This document shows, one piece after another, positions 33,433-47,100 of a stretch of DNA of 63,022 bases; the stretch's first letter is position 1, and each line of letters opens with the position of its first letter. The DNA comes from Perkinsus olseni (taxonomy: Eukaryota), in NCBI GenBank assembly GCA_013115125.1, contig JABANN010000140.1, positions 1 to 63,022 on the forward strand, in the 5' to 3' direction. The notes beneath the pieces were generated by a model that was not told the origin of the DNA, made no database searches, and worked only from the letters and a program-made list of their open reading frames with translations. The position numbers and the translations under genes are program-made.

Positions 33433-36400
33433 ATGTGGAATGGCCTCGAGCACGGCGGTGGTGTTAATCTGGCCGGTCGGTCATCGGCGATGACCAAGGC
33501 TCGGTTCCTCCAGCAGCAGCGAGTTGAGAGACAGAGGTACTTCATCTACTACCATCATGCATCAACCTTGCATACCACTCCTCCACCGATTCCTCTGTCA
33601 GTACTATCTAACATGATCGTCTCGTTGTCAGGCGAGAGCAGAACCGTAAACGGACCGCGGCAGCAGGCCTCATCCAGCGTGTCTATCGGGGTCGGAGGGA
33701 GGCCTGCCGAGTAGCCCGCGATATGCGGACTACTGTGGATAAACGCAACGGTGATTTAAACAAGGTGGGTTGCAACTCATGGTGACACACTCTGCATTGT
33801 CCAGAAGGATTATTACCGCTGTGCCACGAAATTCCCTCTTCTCCAGGCAATCAAGTCCCTCGGCCTCGAAGGGTCCATACTCGGAAAGTTCCTCGGGAAA
33901 GCACTTCCTGGCCAAGTTCAGCGGCTGCTCTTCGCCCATGCGGTAGGCCGGCACGATGTTCACGTGTTCATACCAAACTTTTCCGGAATCGCGAATATCC
34001 CAGGTCCGATCAGACCGAGCAGAGGACCGGCGAATAGCCGTGGAGACGGCCGAGTTGGTCATCCATCACTATCAGCTTTCTGTGACCTCGTCTGATGATG
34101 GCGGTCGGATCTTCCTAGATTGCTACCAGCGGAATTTGGTGCGGCCTCGACATCTCCCCTGCAGGTCGTTATCCTGTCTGGCGTCTGTTGTCAGTTACCA
34201 CGCCTTCTGTCTCTCCTCTTGGATCTCGATCCATTGACGGGATTCAACCTAGCGTTGATTCTTCCCGAAGATCAGACAGCAAAGGCAGTGGCCACCCCGA
34301 CCAGGGTGAACAATCTTGCCCAAGGCGTGTGGGCCAATCCATCACGGTCGATGAAACTCTTCCGTGACCCCAAGCTGGCAGGAGTGCTGGCTCTGGCTAC
34401 TCTAGCCCAGGGGTCGACGGCTCACCAGGATGATGAGCAGCCCGAGTTTGGTGTAAGGCTTCGTCGGGCATCTTCCACTATGAAATTCTGCCTCAGGACA
34501 TCACCAGTATAGCTGTACGGTTCCTGGAGGAAGTTTATCCCGACGTGGAGGGTACCTTATCGCGCTGCTTCCCGGACGCGGCCTCCAGCGGGATTCCGTA
34601 CCTGTCCCGTAATCTATGCCGATGGATTGAGGACTCGGCGACGAGTGGTATATCGAGCGCTGTGGTTCGAGCTGTGTGGTGGGGCTCCCGGTCGGACCGG
34701 GGCAGCTCCAAAGACGTACTGCTCTCCCCACACGTCATGAAGGCCTTGGCACGGCAAGGCGATGACGAGGCCATCTGGGCCCTTCTGGGCCTTTACTTCG
34801 GCAGCAGCCAGAGCTCTGTGGTCCTCGGCAACGACACCAGAGTGGTAATGAGACTGCTGACCGCCTTCCCTTCATCATCCTTTCGTCGTCATGGTAGTTA
34901 CTAGCCTCCATGCCGAGGATCCATCATGTCATTGTACGCCGGTTTGTAGAGCCGTACCTAGTCCCTACCACTGGCACGGACAACGCTAAAGAAGCACTGG
35001 CGCAGTCCTGTGCGGATAAGGTAGAATTATCTGTCACCCATTGTGCAGCCACCGTCTTCTCTCGGTCAGGTCCTCTCTGGCGACGAGAGTGTTTATGTTG
35101 GCCTGAATGCATCAGCCACACTCTACGGTACAGCATTGCAGGTGATGGATGCTGACGATCTGCGCAGTACTGAGCGGAACCCTGTGGATCCTGAGGTGGG
35201 TTGCCGGACTCTGCCGCTGCAGTGTCTCCTAGTTGGACCTCAACCATCCGCCGTGTTCAGACTCTGAGGTCGGCTATCCCGGTGTTGAATCTGGTGGCTT
35301 TCAAGCTTCTCATGGCCACGGCTCAGCCTGGGTGCCGGTCCAACATCCAGAGCATCGTCGGAGGGATCTGTGGAATTTGCCGTTCCCTGCACGGACGGAG
35401 GTGCGACCTCCCTCGTCGCTCCGTCATGCAGTGTTGCAGCGTCTCTTAGGTCGACTCTCGGTCTGGACTCGGCGGATTATTGGGTGGTTCGATCATCACG
35501 GCCGCTCCTGCGAGCCGCTGCCGACGTCAAGTTGGCGGACTTAGCTGTGGACGAGCCCGGTGATGTGGACATGGACGAGGTCGACTACATGGAGGAAGAT
35601 GAGGGCGACTCCGAGGCTCAGGCTGGGTAAGCTTGATACAGGGCATTGAAGGGGTGATACTGTCAGTGTTCTCAGGCCCTCTGCTGGGGATGCCCAGCCC
35701 GAGCCTACTACTGTCCACTACTTTTTCACGCCCAAGTCGAACGGCCGGACTCGAGGGCACGAGGCTGAGCAACGACAGCTCAGCGCAGTGCTTGCTGAGC
35801 TCCCTCACTCTGTAAGGCACCTCTCCATTCGCGGGGATGTCCTCGAGGGCCGTCTGGCTTCTAGGTGGCATTTAAAGATCGGGTGGCGCTCTTCCACACC
35901 GTCCTACTCAACGACCATAGCGGTGGTGAACGGCGGAATGCCGACCTCATGTTCATGATGAGGTCGCGGCGCAATGAGACGCTGCAGACAGTCCACAGAG
36001 GTCATCACCGAAACTCCCTTTACCTCCTGCTGCTTCACCGAGAATCGTCTTCAGATCCTGAGCTGCTGTTGAAGGACGGCATGAAAATGATGGAGAATCT
36101 GTCCTCCTCGGGATCGAGCCATGCTCGATGGCGTGTGGAGTGGATCGATGAAACTGGTGAGATAACGTCCACTCATCGACTGCTGGTCGCAATTTCTCGT
36201 CTCCAGGGACCATGGAGCCCGGCATCGACGGTGGTGGCCTTTTCAAGGAGTTCCTCAATCTTTGGACAACAGAAGCATTCGGGAAGTTCTTCGCCGTTGA
36301 TGAGCGGGGCGGTGAGCTGCTGCTGCTGCTGTTTCCTCTCCCTCGGATGAGGGTTTCCTTCGGCAGGCGTCTATCCGATACCCAACGCCACTCCCACAGT

Positions 36401-37411
36401 GGAAGAGCTGAACCAGATCCGCAACATTGGGCGGGCAGTAGGCAAAGCCATCTACGAGCTGGTCGGTCATCAGCCATCTATCTGAGTCGGCCTTCTGAGG
36501 TCCCCTCATCAGGTTCTGCTCGATACCCGATTCTCGATTGTCTTCCTCAATCGGATCCTAGGATTGCAATTCTCTATTGACGAGGTTGCTACCATCGACA
36601 AGGAGGTAAGGCCGCCACCAAACGCTCCCTGAGGCCCAGAAGCTTCCTCTGCAGGTCTGTCGGAGTCTCATGTATTTGCGCCATTGCTCGCCAGAGGAGG
36701 TTGCAGCGCTATCCCTCAATTTCACAGTGACGGCCGGAGGGCGGGACGTGGAGCTCGTACCCGGCGGGAGCACGGTAGCTGTTGCTCGTGGAGGCCCGTT
36801 GGGCGTCATTTTCGCCGCTTCCTCAGATTCCGGTCACTGCTGACAATCGAATGCTCTACTTGTTGTTGATGACCAAGTTCAAAACATGCTCCCAAATCGA
36901 GCAACAGACGGCAGCGTTCGTTGAAGGGATTGGCGACATCATCCCTGTGCAGTGGTTACAGGTAGCGCTACTTCCCTCGTAGTTGACTTCTCGTGGTAAT
37001 TTCCTTCTTCAGCTCTTCTGTCCCGAAGAATTGAACATGCTGGTCTCGGGAGAGGAGCGACGCGGTTTTGATGTTGATGATCTTCAGCGGCACACGGAGT
37101 ACTCCAACGGCTACTTCGCCGAGCACCCCACCATCAGAGCCTTTTGGCACATCGTAAAGGACCTCTTCACTGATGCCGACCGAGATGCATTACTCCAGTT
37201 CGTGACGAGCAACTCGAGGCCTCCTCTACTTGGTTTTAAGACATTATCTCCCCTTTTCGCTATAGCTAGGGTTGATGATCCCGATCGTTTACCAACTGCC
37301 AGCACTTGCGTTAACTTGCTCAAGTTGCCCGACTGTGGTGGTGATGTGGAGAAGCTCCACAAAAAACTTTTAACGGCCATTCACGCCAAGGCTGGGTTCG
37401 GCCTTTCTTAG
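33433..37411 (+). CDS. HECT E3 ubiquitin ligase with N-terminal IQ motif (UBE3B/UBE3C/UPL6-like), multi-exon
   Basis: VNLAGRS..FLQQQRVERQR, LIQRVYRGRR (IQ), EPGIDGGGLFKEFL, LLQFVTSNSRPPLLGF, RLPTASTCVNLLKLP, AGFGLS*. Confidence 0.95.
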
Positions 37412-37604
37412 TGATATACTTACTCTTCTGCATTTTTACTCTACGTTGATATTGTTACAATTTCATTAACATACCTCTTCACCCCCTTATATGATATTCC
37501 CCTCAGTTTTTGTGTTCTAGTGTGACTCAACAGCGATTATATACCGAAACGTGACAGTGAGTTAAAAGGGGTATTTATTTATGCGGTCGGCGGAACCTGT
37601 TCGT

Positions 37605-40600
37605 TTACGCGAACATCTTTTTGTACATTTTCTTGGCCTTGGCATTCTGCCTCTCGATTTGGGTCTGTAATCTACTCTCGAGTCTGACGATCTCCTTGTC
37701 CTCAGGGGCCAGGTGTCGTGCCCGCTTGGCGGAGGTCAGACCCTCGTCGAACTTCCCAAGATGGTCGAGGGCGAACGCGAGACGATAACTGACATACAAC
37801 GGCGGTAAAAGGAACATCGACAAACGACGAACGCGTTCTTCGACATCCGAGCGACGAATTTGCCGGCATTCGCTTCGATTTGAACCGTAGCAGCGATGCG
37901 AACCCTACAGAGACCTCGAGAGAATTGACTTACTGCGCCTTAGCGCTGCCGTCTTTAATCTTCACTGCATCTTTAGCGGCATCAACAGCCTTCTCCCAAG
38001 CTCGCTCAGCCTTCTCTTTATCACTGAGGAGACGACCATCCTTAGTGTAACGAAAAGGACCTCGGCAGACTCACCTCTCCTTAGCTGCCATTTTGATATA
38101 ACACTGTGCGGTATTCAAATGACAGGACAAGGCGATGGAGTCATGCTCGGCCTGCTGCTCAGGGCTCATATCGAAGGCCTTGTTCAAGTGCTGCATGGCC
38201 CGGGCGTATCTTATCACGAAGCGATCTCGAAGCCAAAAGGTCGAACACTTCAACTCACCGGCTCACAGCGTCCTGCAAATTGCCAGCCTTGAAGACGACG
38301 TTGCCCTCTTCCTTGTTCTTGGCAGCCATGCGTAGCCTCTCGCTGGCGGGCATCTTCCTGTAGTCATGATCTTCCTTCTCATTACCTACAATGCAGGTCC
38401 GCCAGCAGCCCACTATAGCAGGGTCTCACCCTTCTCTTGAGCAGCCCTTTCCTCAAGCTCCTTTTCTGCTTTCTGTCGATCCTCTTCGCGAGCCTTGAAG
38501 AAAGCTTCCCTGAAAACAGCAGACGCGTCACGGTAGACCAGTCAGCCTCGCCCCCACCCCTCAGATTGGACAAACCCTTCGAGAGCCTTCAGTCTGTCTT
38601 GATACTGCTCAGTCGACACTGGCACTTCAGCGTACTGGCCGTCCTCGAACCACAGCTCTTCCTTATCGAGCCGAGGAGCGATCTAAGCACATGAAGCTGA
38701 CGGCAGCGCCTTCATGGACCCTGCGAATTCTAACCTTGTCCTTGGGAAGGAGCCCTTCCTTGTCGCCATTCATCCAGTCGCGGACAGTATATATGTAGGT
38801 CTCGAAGGCGTTCTTCGCGAGCAGGCGGGATGTCTGACAGACCGAGCAGCAAGTGTCACCATCACCACCACCACTACTGCCGATTGCTTGTCGTCGTTGC
38901 TCACCTCCTTGTCGTGGACATCCTGCATCCACTCCTCGAGCTCCCTCTCCTTGGAGTCCACCATATCATCAGTCAATTGCACGTCTTTCTTAATACCCTC
39001 TACTGTGTCACCCCTGAGCCGGAGGGATGATGGGCGAGAGAGAAGACCACCGCACTCACCGTGCAACATCGACTGCCACAGCGGCGGCTCCAGCAGCGAC
39101 GCAGCTGCTACCGTCCAAACCGGCCCCTAACTGATCAGATGGCACGTTGGCCGCCCTGAGAGAGGATCGAACTTGAGAGCAGGCACGTCAATCGATGCCG
39201 AGCCCTCTTACTTGGCGATTGCCTCCCGCACGCATGGGATGCGACTTCCTCCACCGACAAGTTCAACTCGGCCGAGAGAGCCTCCAGCAGCGCCGACAAC
39301 GCGGGCCACCGTATCCTGGATAGCTGCCGTGATGCTCTTGGCAGCATCCTCGAACTTGCTCCTGCAACATTGCCAGTCCGAGGACGTCAGCGGCCTGTAG
39401 CAAGGTCACCTTGTAAGGGCAAGACGAACATCGCCGTCGTCCTCAGTGAAGCATTCGAGCTCGAGGGTAGTGTCCGCAAGCATCGACAGCTGATCAATAG
39501 AAACCACAATCAGGAAGAGCATTGAAGGCATTGAGGCGGACCTGTTTGAGGGCCTTCTCGGCAGCAGCGAGGAGGCGGCGTCCTCGGCGGGTGCAAAGTT
39601 TGACCGCACCGTGCTGGTCTCGGACCTAACCGACCGGATAGCCGACGCTGACTGGTGGCCAGAGTGTCGCCTACCAAATCGCAGATGGTGCGGATATACT
39701 CGAAGACTCCAACAGCCTTGGTAGTCTCGGTCGCCACTATCTTGCCCTCAGGATAAGACACGACAGTCGCCGTAGCATGGGAGTAACCGACATCAACGAA
39801 GAGAACCAATCTAAGAGAATTACAAATACTGTTGCCTAACATTTGACAATGGGCCTACCCGGCCTCTTGCAGCTTAGCCTCCGACTCCTTATGCTTGTAG
39901 GCATTGGCGATGGCCAAGTTGTGATCCAGTACTACTAGATGGTGATCTAAGGTGAAACAGGTGTTGATCACTGGCCAGGGAAATGAGAATATGTATCACT
40001 TGGAGTGGCGAGGGCTGCGGCCTCGACGAGCTTCTCGACAGCCTCGTCTGAGTAACCATCAGGAACAGCGATGGCCATGATGTCCGGCACCTCAGCGTCA
40101 TCGCAGGAAGCGTAGGAACGTAGATTCTGAGGGGAACACGTTCCGAGTAATGATGACCGCTGGAGACTGTCAGTAACACTGACCTTGAGGTAAATAGCAG
40201 TGGCTTGAGTGGGAGTGAGTTCAACGCCTTGTCGATCAGCATGATCCACGGGGCCAAGCTTAGTCTCCCAGCCACACTCAAATCGCTTGCTGCAAGCGAT
40301 GGGATCCTCGAGGGCGGAAGCCAGGTGGGAGATGTAGCCGTCGCCCTGCAAGGAAGGAGTAGGGGCATGATAGAGTGACAAGGCGAAGACCGAGAACTAG
40401 CTGCTGAGCCTCTACCTGATTCATGGCATGTTCACCAGTCAATCGAAGGCCGTCCGAAAGGGCGACAACACTCGGCGTAGCTCTATTGGACACATCATTA
40501 ACATCAATGCCAATAGCTGCTTTGGCTGTAGTAGCCGGGAGGGCTGATGCCACTACCGAGGTCCGGGTGCCGAAGTCAATACCAACACACCAAGTGAACT

Positions 40601-40673
40601 TCCCCGACGGAGTTGAGGACGATGTTGGTGTCGAAGGTGCGCTGCTGTTACTGCTGTTACTGTTGCTTGACAT
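37605..40673 (-). CDS. Hsp110/SSE-like Hsp70-superfamily protein fused to a C-terminal TPR domain, multi-exon
   Basis: VGIDFGT, VNDVSNRATPSVVAL, FVDVGYS, VELVGGGSRIP, AKNAFETYIY, then TPRs KNKEEGNVVFK / HLNTAQCYIK / KAHYRLAFAL and ...KKMYKKMFA*. Confidence 0.88.
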
Positions 40674-40819
40674 GAGCTATGACTCGGCAGAAAAACAATA
40701 TACTGCAAACCACGGGCATACCTCTAGGGCAGTAGCGCCACTCGAACTAAACACGATCTGAAGATCCGCAGTCAAGAACAAGAGTCACAAGACATGCTAC
40801 TTCGGTGGTCCATGCGACC

Positions 40820-43800
40820 TCAGACTTCGAAGTCAATGTCTTCGGCAAAGGCGTTTGGGAAGCCCATCTGGGCGCGCTCCATGGGGACTCCAACAGGGGG
40901 GTGCTGACGACCAGTCCCATGGGAAGCGGCTGATGCAGAGCTCCTTGAACGAGGAATGGCTGGAAGGGCTGTAGACCGTCTCAAAGGGTCCAGAACATCA
41001 GAAGACACTCGCCACGGTCTCCAAGGCCCAAAGGAAGTCGCCGTTGAGGTCAAGGCTTTGGGGTCTGCTGCTACCACCATCACTAAACTGAAGGCAGGAG
41101 AGAACCCCGACCCTGCGAGCTCCCGCTCGATGTCCGTAGAGCTCCTGGCAGCGAGGCCGTCGAGCAGGTCCGACCCTGTTGGGGTCTTCATCACTGCAGC
41201 AGGGACATATCGACGGCACTTGGCCTGGATAGAGGGGTGCGTGCTACCCCTGGCGTGGCTCGGCCAAAGCCTCTCCAATGCGAAGCTAGTCAGCCGAGCT
41301 CTCATTGCGTCCACGAAATCCTGAGCACTGGCAGGCGCATGCCAGGGACGGGCACTGGGAACTTGAGCCGCCAAGCTCTGGCACTTCGTCCAGATCTGCA
41401 CGGCCCTGACTAGCTTCACTTGGGAGCGCGGTGACAAGGACTCCAGTAGGATGCACAGACGCTCGCAATACTCGAGGAGTAGCAGGCTAAGCCTGACGTC
41501 ACCCGTGGCGATCCCGATGCTGGTCGGAACAACGCTTCGCTGGCTCTCCCTCGTGACGCTGGATTGGAGCTTAGGAGATCGCGGACATCCACGAGGTCCC
41601 GCCATCTGAGGGTATCCATAGAGGACGTCGTTGATTAGACTGGTATGGTGACTCTGTGATGATAGCATAGCGCGGTACCTGCTGGGACTGGCTGACAGGT
41701 GATGCTGACCATGAAGCTACTACTACTACTACCTCGGTGACGACTCAGGTGTCGGGTATATCCTGATGAAGTTGTTCTTCGCTCCGCTATTCCCTTTCGA
41801 GTGACCAGCATGCCTACGGATTTCGCCGAGGACCTGGACCAGCGCCCGGAAGGACTTTTCGTCGATATCATGGCCCCGTGCTGATCTCTTTCTCGGCATG
41901 CCGTCAGCACGAACCAGCCCATGGCTCCTCGGTGAACCCTCTGAGGAGTCTCAGTTGGCCACGGCAATTGGGACAGGGGCTCACCTCCCGATGGCTTTGG
42001 CAGACGACTGAGCATCGATGCGAAGCTGCTGCCGTAGTAGCGCTGGTAGCTGTCCCCTAGTGGACTGGATACAGGCACGCCGACCAGGTTGAGGATGTCG
42101 CAGACCAGGTGTGCTTTGATCTGATCATACCAATGGCCGCCGGGCCAGGGGAGGGATCGATCATACTTTGCGATCGAGAGGTGTGTCCGCGACTAGACTC
42201 GGACTCAAGTTGACCTCGATGATCCATGGTTTGAGCCTGGAGTCGAGTAAGATGTCGAACCTGCGAAGTAGCGTACCCCGATTATCGAGAAGGCCAGATC
42301 CTCTACCCGAAAAGTTCGAAGCAGGAGTGGGCTGTCCGACTGCCGATGCCGCTTCGGCCGACGTGGCCAAATCGCTCCGAAGCCATCAAGGTCTTCAGTA
42401 CGCAATCGATGATACGCCCCCAAAGCTGAAACAGCGTGACGATCAGACGGGCGACTACAGGCGGTATTGGAGGAGCACCTTCTGCACGTCGAGGTCGCTG
42501 CAGGAGCAATGCTTATTAAAAGCCGATAAGCTCCACTTATGGCCGAAGTTGTCGGCTCTCGCGTCGCTATTCTCCACGTAGTCATTAGAGTTCTTGCAGA
42601 TAGAGTAGTTAGTAAGATGCTTGTACCTGTAGCAATCCATGCCTCAGCGATCAGACCATACCCTAGCTTCTGGCTTACTTGTTCTGCAAGTCCTCCGTGG
42701 TCTTGACTGTGAAGGGGCTGCAAGCCAGCCTCGTGAGGCCTTCCCGATAGAGGTACACCCGTAAAGGGTCAAAGCCAGTGACAAGAACGTAAACCCGAAG
42801 ATCAAATTTGTACCCCTAGAAGGAGACAGAGGTGCCGAAGGGTCGGTCGGAACAGAGCTACTGGCCTACCTGGATTAAGTAAGGGTCAGCAATGTAACGA
42901 CTAATAACGCAGTGAGAATCCACAGGCAAATCTTCGAGCTCGCGCAGTATGAAGATTCCCCGCCCTCGAGACTGCGAGGTTGGTTTGACGATCCACAGCC
43001 AAGATGGAAACTTGTCGTAGACCTGTGAGCAAGACGAGGGCGTTCACTATAGGCCCTACAGTGGCCTTCATAGTACCTCTAAGAAGGAGTCCATCTCCTC
43101 CGGCAGGACGAAGGTCTCCGGCAGGTAGTCAAATTGGGCGGCGCCAAAGAGTTGCTGCATCGCTGCGTAGTGGGACCATAGCCGATCCTTCCGCGTCAGT
43201 TCCGAAGACCGAGGGAAATGGTTGATACGTTGCCATTCCTGAGCGGCCGGTGGTTGCATATCCAAAACACGTGACGGTAAGATGCGAAATAGGTCAACAT
43301 ACGGCTCGAGCATCGGGCGAGGTGCTCCCGCATTACCTGTAGCTGTTGAAAGGTGTGCTCCTTTGGATGACCTCCACTCCACGATAGAACCCAGCCAGGC
43401 CCGTTTATTTGTACTAGTCCGCTACCCAGCAATGTCTCTCTTATCAAAGGAGCATCGCTGTGGCTCAGACGGAAACCGGGCCTATCAAAGTCCGATACTA
43501 TCAAACGAACCCCCTTTCCCGTGCTTCCCACCTTCCTAGGCCCGCAGAGTATGGCAAATATGCCGCTGTAGTGGAGCGAGAGAACGCCCCTGACCCGGCC
43601 GACGAGGCTGAGGTGCTCGCCTGAGGCGGAGCGTAGGTGAACCGGATTTCCGCAGCCTCAGTTTACTTGACTATCCACCGGTGGCAACCGAGTTGGTCGA
43701 CGGTGGGGTTTCCGCTTCCTGGCGTCACTAGACACGGGCTTGAACTTGATGCACCTATAACGACGTATCCGAGATCGACTTCGTAAGATACCGGAGAACT

Positions 43801-43987
43801 CGACAACCGCAGGATTCCCGTAGTACCTTGGTATCTTGATGTCGCTGGCTGCGTTGAAGGTAGTGAAGCCCATGGAATGCACGGCCTCTTCTATGTATCT
43901 TTCAAGACTCTGCACCTCTTCCTCGAGGTCGACATTCTTCCATGATTCTCCAGGTGAGCAGCCAGGATACTCTCCTTTCCACCACAT
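40820..43987 (-). CDS. Tubulin-tyrosine ligase-like protein (polyglutamylase, TTLL4/5-like), multi-exon; start uncertain
   Basis: [105 protein letters not shown]. Confidence 0.93.
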
Positions 43988-44183
43988 GATAGTGAGTCAC
44001 GATGGGACGATTCACCCCGAGGCGACTCTGATCGATTAGAATGGCGAGCGCGAAAAACGTGCTTAGTTTACTTCGGGGTACCTCTGTGATCATCAGGAAT
44101 CTGAGTTTAAACAGCGCAATGGCGTCGATGAAAAGTGGTTGTGTATGTACTACTGGCAGGGCTCGTTGTTGTTATCAAATTAT

Positions 44184-47100
44184 ATGGGTAAAACAGCAGG
44201 CAAGAACAGCCCTAAGAAGCCGCGTCGAGAGGAAGCAACAGCTGATACGGAGAGCAACACTGCCACTAAGGCGGAGCCGGCAACACTAGATGAAAGCATG
44301 AGTCAGACTGCAGCGACAGGGGGCAGCACAGAGACACCCGCTGTACACGAGGAGGCCTCGAAGGAGGCTGTTGGTGGTGGCGACGACGAGCCAGATGTTG
44401 GGGTATCTCCCGACGGGCAGCCCGCTGAGAATACGGTAGTATGCTAGGGATCTGCGGGTCTCGTTGTTCAGGCTTTGTTTAGGGTCCCGAGGATGGTAGT
44501 CAAGCGGCTCAGTCCCAACCGAAGGTGGATTCTATGGTGGAGGCCCTAGGGGCTAATGAGGACGAAATGAAGGGTGAGAAGAGACCGCGTGATGAGCTCG
44601 TGGAGCAGGACGGGAGTAGTAGCTGTTGGTCGACTAGCGGGTAGCGATGGCCCTTCTCTGCAGGTGAGGCTGGGGACCATCCCGAGCCTAGCGCCCAGGC
44701 TGTTCTTGATGGACCATTTCCCGAGGTCGAGGGTTTACTATCAGTTGGTGATGGGCCCAGTGCTTTACTGGACAAAGGAGAGAAGGCTGGAGAGACGACC
44801 CAGTGTGCTGATCCTCGTCGGCTCAAGACAGCGGAGCGGTTGGTGGTATCCTGGGAGCATCCGCCTCCAAATGAAGGTAGTACGTCGAGTTTTCTGGATA
44901 GCAGTAAGTCTTTGGTAGGTGAAGCCTTCGTCGTGGAGACTGGTGATATGGGCGAGACAGTCGTCCCTATCCCTGCCAAGGACGTGCCATGCTTTGTGGG
45001 GAAGGGTGGGACCACTCAGAGCAAGATAATAAGGGCTAGTGGAGTGCAAGAAGCCGCCATAAAAGAAGAATATGATGATGGAAATGTGAGTGTATTGTTT
45101 TTGTATCAGTGGGTGTATCGTTTGTTGGTAGGGTGATGAAGCCAAGGAGCAAATGGCTGCTGTTGTATTGAGCGGCACGGAAGCTGCGCGGAAGCACGCA
45201 GAGAAGTACATAAGGCTGGTACTCTCTCGGCACGGAGCGGAGGTTAAGGTTGACTTGGACAAGGATGACGATGGTGATTTGACGGTTATGAGGGATGTCC
45301 CTCGTAGTGCTGTGGCCCTGATATTGGGCACGAAAGGGGCCAAGCTGAGAGGGATGGAGGAGAGATGTGGTACTATGGCCTTCCTACTGGGCAATACGGA
45401 ACCATTGGCCGGCGAAGATGAGGTGAGAACGCTTACCGGGGAGTCTTTGATGAGGAGTGGACTGTACGGTGAATGCCTTGCGATTAGGGCGATGGTATCA
45501 GTACTTAGGTCTCACCCGATAAGGTGGTCTTGGCCATCTTCGGAGCACCTCACCACCGAAAGCGCTGTGAGATGGAGGTTAGGGATTTGGTAGAGGCCAA
45601 GGTCCACGGCTACTATACTAAACACATGAAGGAGTCGTTGAGCACAGAGGAAGGAGAGGCGTCTGATATAATCAAGATGGATGTAGCCAGCTGGGATTGG
45701 GTGGGGTCCATCGGTCAGAGTCGTGGTGTTCAGAAGTCGGATGCCATACTACTTTTCGAGGATCATGTAGCGGTGAAGAAGCAGCTGGAGCTCCTGAGTG
45801 GCGCTACTATCAGCAGGCTGAGCGATTTCGTGAGTCGTTACCGTCCTGCATTGGAGAGGCCAGGGTGTGTGGTGGTGGTACGCAGGTTGATGTTTTTGGT
45901 ACGAAGAAGCAGCGCGTGAGGGCTAGGGAGTACATGAAGTGGACTGTGGCAGCTCTTCTTGGCGAAGCAATCGACATCAAAGACGCCGCCGAGAGGGATG
46001 ATTGTAAGAGGGGAGTTGGGGCGGGCTCGTTACGTGGTGCACACCACTCGAGGAGGTCTTTGCTCTCAAGCCCACAACAAGGAGGCCACTGCTGCTGCTG
46101 TTGTCGTTTCGGCACCACCCTCGGTGATGATGATGATGATGTACGGTAGGCACTGAGGTTGAGGTCCCGACTGAACTGATTGATGTGCTATTTGGCAAAG
46201 GTCGACGGCACCAGCTCCGTCAACTACAGGACAAGTTCACGTGCCTGTTGTTCCTTGGCAAGGAGCCATCAGACGATAAAACTGCGAAGAAGAAAGCCGG
46301 TAAAACAACTGAGCTTGCATGTGCTGTGTAAGAGTATTCCCGTCATCCCCGCAGAGAATGGTGACGATTCTGGAACGAGCGCTGAGCCAACCTCCGCCGC
46401 CGCCACCACCACCACGACTCCGTCTACTACGACAACTACCCCGCTTGTTATTGTCGGTCCCTGGTCGAGCCGCCGGAGGTGCATGTACGAGATACTGGCC
46501 GAGATTGAAGCCAAGATACCCGGCTGGATAACTTCATCGATTGAACCAAGCCTGGCTGATGAGGTCGAGGTAGCGAGGGTATCATCCTCCTCCCCACGCT
46601 AACTCAGTGCCTTACCCGATGGTGGCTGTAGCGAGTTGGGCCCTCGGGTGCCCTTCTAGTCGCCCTCTCGCCTCTCCAGGGCGCTATGGTATTGCATTCG
46701 CGATCTTCCACGGTTTTGTGCTAGTCGTTGTATGAGTTTGGCCCGTAGTTGTCGTTGCACCGTCTGCATCTCTCAGGGCTATGCATGCGACCGACTATGG
46801 CTACCACAGTGGAGGGACGGGGATGATGGCAAGAGCCCCTTGAGAGACTACCCTCTCTCTGCCGCCTCGGGCGCTATTGTCACCGTCATCGGCCCGATGG
46901 TTTTCGTGGAGGGCGATCGTGACCAGCGCCAGCGATGCGAGCAGTACATTAAATGGCTATTGGTAGCAAGCCGGAGGCTATCGGAGTATCAGTCGAGGCA
47001 GCAAAGAGAGGAAGAGGAGAAGGAGAGACAGGAACGTCACAAAGCTAGGCGAGTGACGAAGTCGCTGGAGCCCTGGCAAGAGGCGGATCTCCGAGCTGAG

